Sequence record: PQ821640
Reading direction: 5' to 3' (one strand)
Length of the DNA stretch: 64,000 nucleotides
From: Escherichia phage SD2
Shown here in pieces: positions 63,080 to 64,000 of this stretch. Every line of letters starts with the position of its first letter. Within the stretch, counting starts at the first letter, position 1. The notes below the pieces were generated by a model. It was given only the letters and a program-made list of their open reading frames with translations, searched no databases and was not told where the DNA came from. Both the position numbers and the translations under genes were made by a program.

Positions 63080-63802
63080 TTAAGCAATGATTGCTGCGAT
63101 ATTAGGTTTAACAAAGGTAGATGGCTTCATAATTTTACCTTTGTCATCAAAGAATACGTATACCTTTTGAACTTCGTTATATACAGCATGTACTCCAGTA
63201 TAAGAACCTTCTGCACGATCTTTGCTTCGCATCTCGATAGCATCACACTCTTTTTCAAGAGCTTCAACAATATCCTTAGTTTCCCAAATAGCCAGGAGTT
63301 GCTTCTTGGTAGGATACTTGGACTCATTGCTATTCAACACTTCACGCATAACCTTCTTCTCGTTATAAACAGAACGCACCAAAGTATCTCGTGCCATACG
63401 TGTAAGTGTAAGAGACATTAGGGCAAATTGCAAGTCATTTTCTACCATTTTATCAAATTCAATGATAACATCGTAAATGTTTTCTGCCAGAACATCTCCT
63501 GTCGGCATTTCCAGAGCTTTATCAACACCTTCTTTACCAAAGAACATAAACGCCAGGTAGGATGCTACCACAAAAATATCTGCTGCTGCATCAAGTAATT
63601 CAACGTGATCATTTTCCTGTGCTGCTGCTTGGAACTCTTTTAGTTCTTCTCGTACAAAAGAAAGTTGAGCTTCAAACATCTCTTGAGTAAACTCTGGAGT
63701 TACGCCACCACGTGCCTTAGCATTCCAAGCAACAATTTGATCGGCAGCTTTGATAAAGAAGCTATTGTCCACTTTTACTTGTTTGAAAAAATTCTCGATC
63801 AT
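63080..63802 (-). CDS. putative MazG-like nucleotide pyrophosphohydrolase
   Basis: EELKEFQAAAQENDHVELLDAAADIFVV resembles the MazG EExxE...D motif; tentative. Confidence 0.45.
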   Translation of the reverse strand: MIENFFKQVKVDNSFFIKAADQIVAWNAKARGGVTPEFTQEMFEAQLSFVREELKEFQAAAQENDHVELLDAAADIFVVASYLAFMFFGKEGVDKALEMPTGDVLAENIYDVIIEFDKMVENDLQFALMSLTLTRMARDTLVRSVYNEKKVMREVLNSNESKYPTKKQLLAIWETKDIVEALEKECDAIEMRSKDRAEGSYTGVHAVYNEVQKVYVFFDDKGKIMKPSTFVKPNIAAIIA

Positions 63803-63811
63803 TATTTCTCC

Positions 63812-63991
63812 TTATTTAAAATATTGTTCTAACAAAACACTAATGCGAACTACCGATTCGCCCATATACGCCCCAGCACAGAGGAAAACAACAAATCTAC
63901 AAAAATTGCAGTACCATTTGTTCACTGGAAACGAGGCTAACATTATAATTGCAATAGCAATTAACATCATAAGAAATGTTACTAATACCAT
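63812..63991 (-). CDS. small membrane protein (59 aa)
   Basis: MVLVTFLMMLIAIAIIMLASFPVNKWYCNFCRFVVFLCAG...; GAGG SD; below track cutoff. Confidence 0.35.
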   Translation of the reverse strand: MVLVTFLMMLIAIAIIMLASFPVNKWYCNFCRFVVFLCAGAYMGESVVRISVLLEQYFK

Positions 63992-64000
63992 ATTTACCTC

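Noticed and set aside
1-64000. tRNA, rRNA and tmRNA genes
   Set aside because: Scanning for T-loop-like GTTCGAATC motifs and cloverleaf-sized GC-rich islands found nothing convincing; the GC-rich stretch at 12520-13130 lacks tRNA hallmarks. A tRNA-scanning program would be needed to be sure.

Overview
The window looks like part of a large, low-GC lytic bacteriophage genome that uses enterobacterial sigma70-type promoters; I saw no rRNA, tRNA or CRISPR. All calls are from reading the sequence and hand translation; no database search was run. Gene order is in three strand blocks: a minus block (1-7640) led by a UvrD-like helicase that carries a probable intein; a plus block (7697-34760) dominated by small early-type ORFs; and a minus block (34800-64000) with nucleotide metabolism (nrdA, nrdB, ThyX-like, thymidine kinase, glutaredoxin, nucleotidase-like), a complete dTDP-rhamnose pathway (rmlBACD), T4-type lysozyme, PhoH, two DNA methyltransferases, Sir2-like, HslV-like, serine recombinase, phosphatase, exonucleases and RdgC-like. 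The most striking feature is an array of at least 14 cassettes between 13.1 and 21.1 kb, each a sigma70 promoter followed by a conserved GC-rich stem-loop and then a small ORF; the hairpin stems co-vary. This block is bracketed by non-coding regions carrying Fur-box-like dyad motifs, tandem 68-bp repeats and a GC-rich insert. Other candidates for follow-up are the phage-borne rml operon, a NADAR protein, and a ThyX-like protein with THR in place of the RHR motif.
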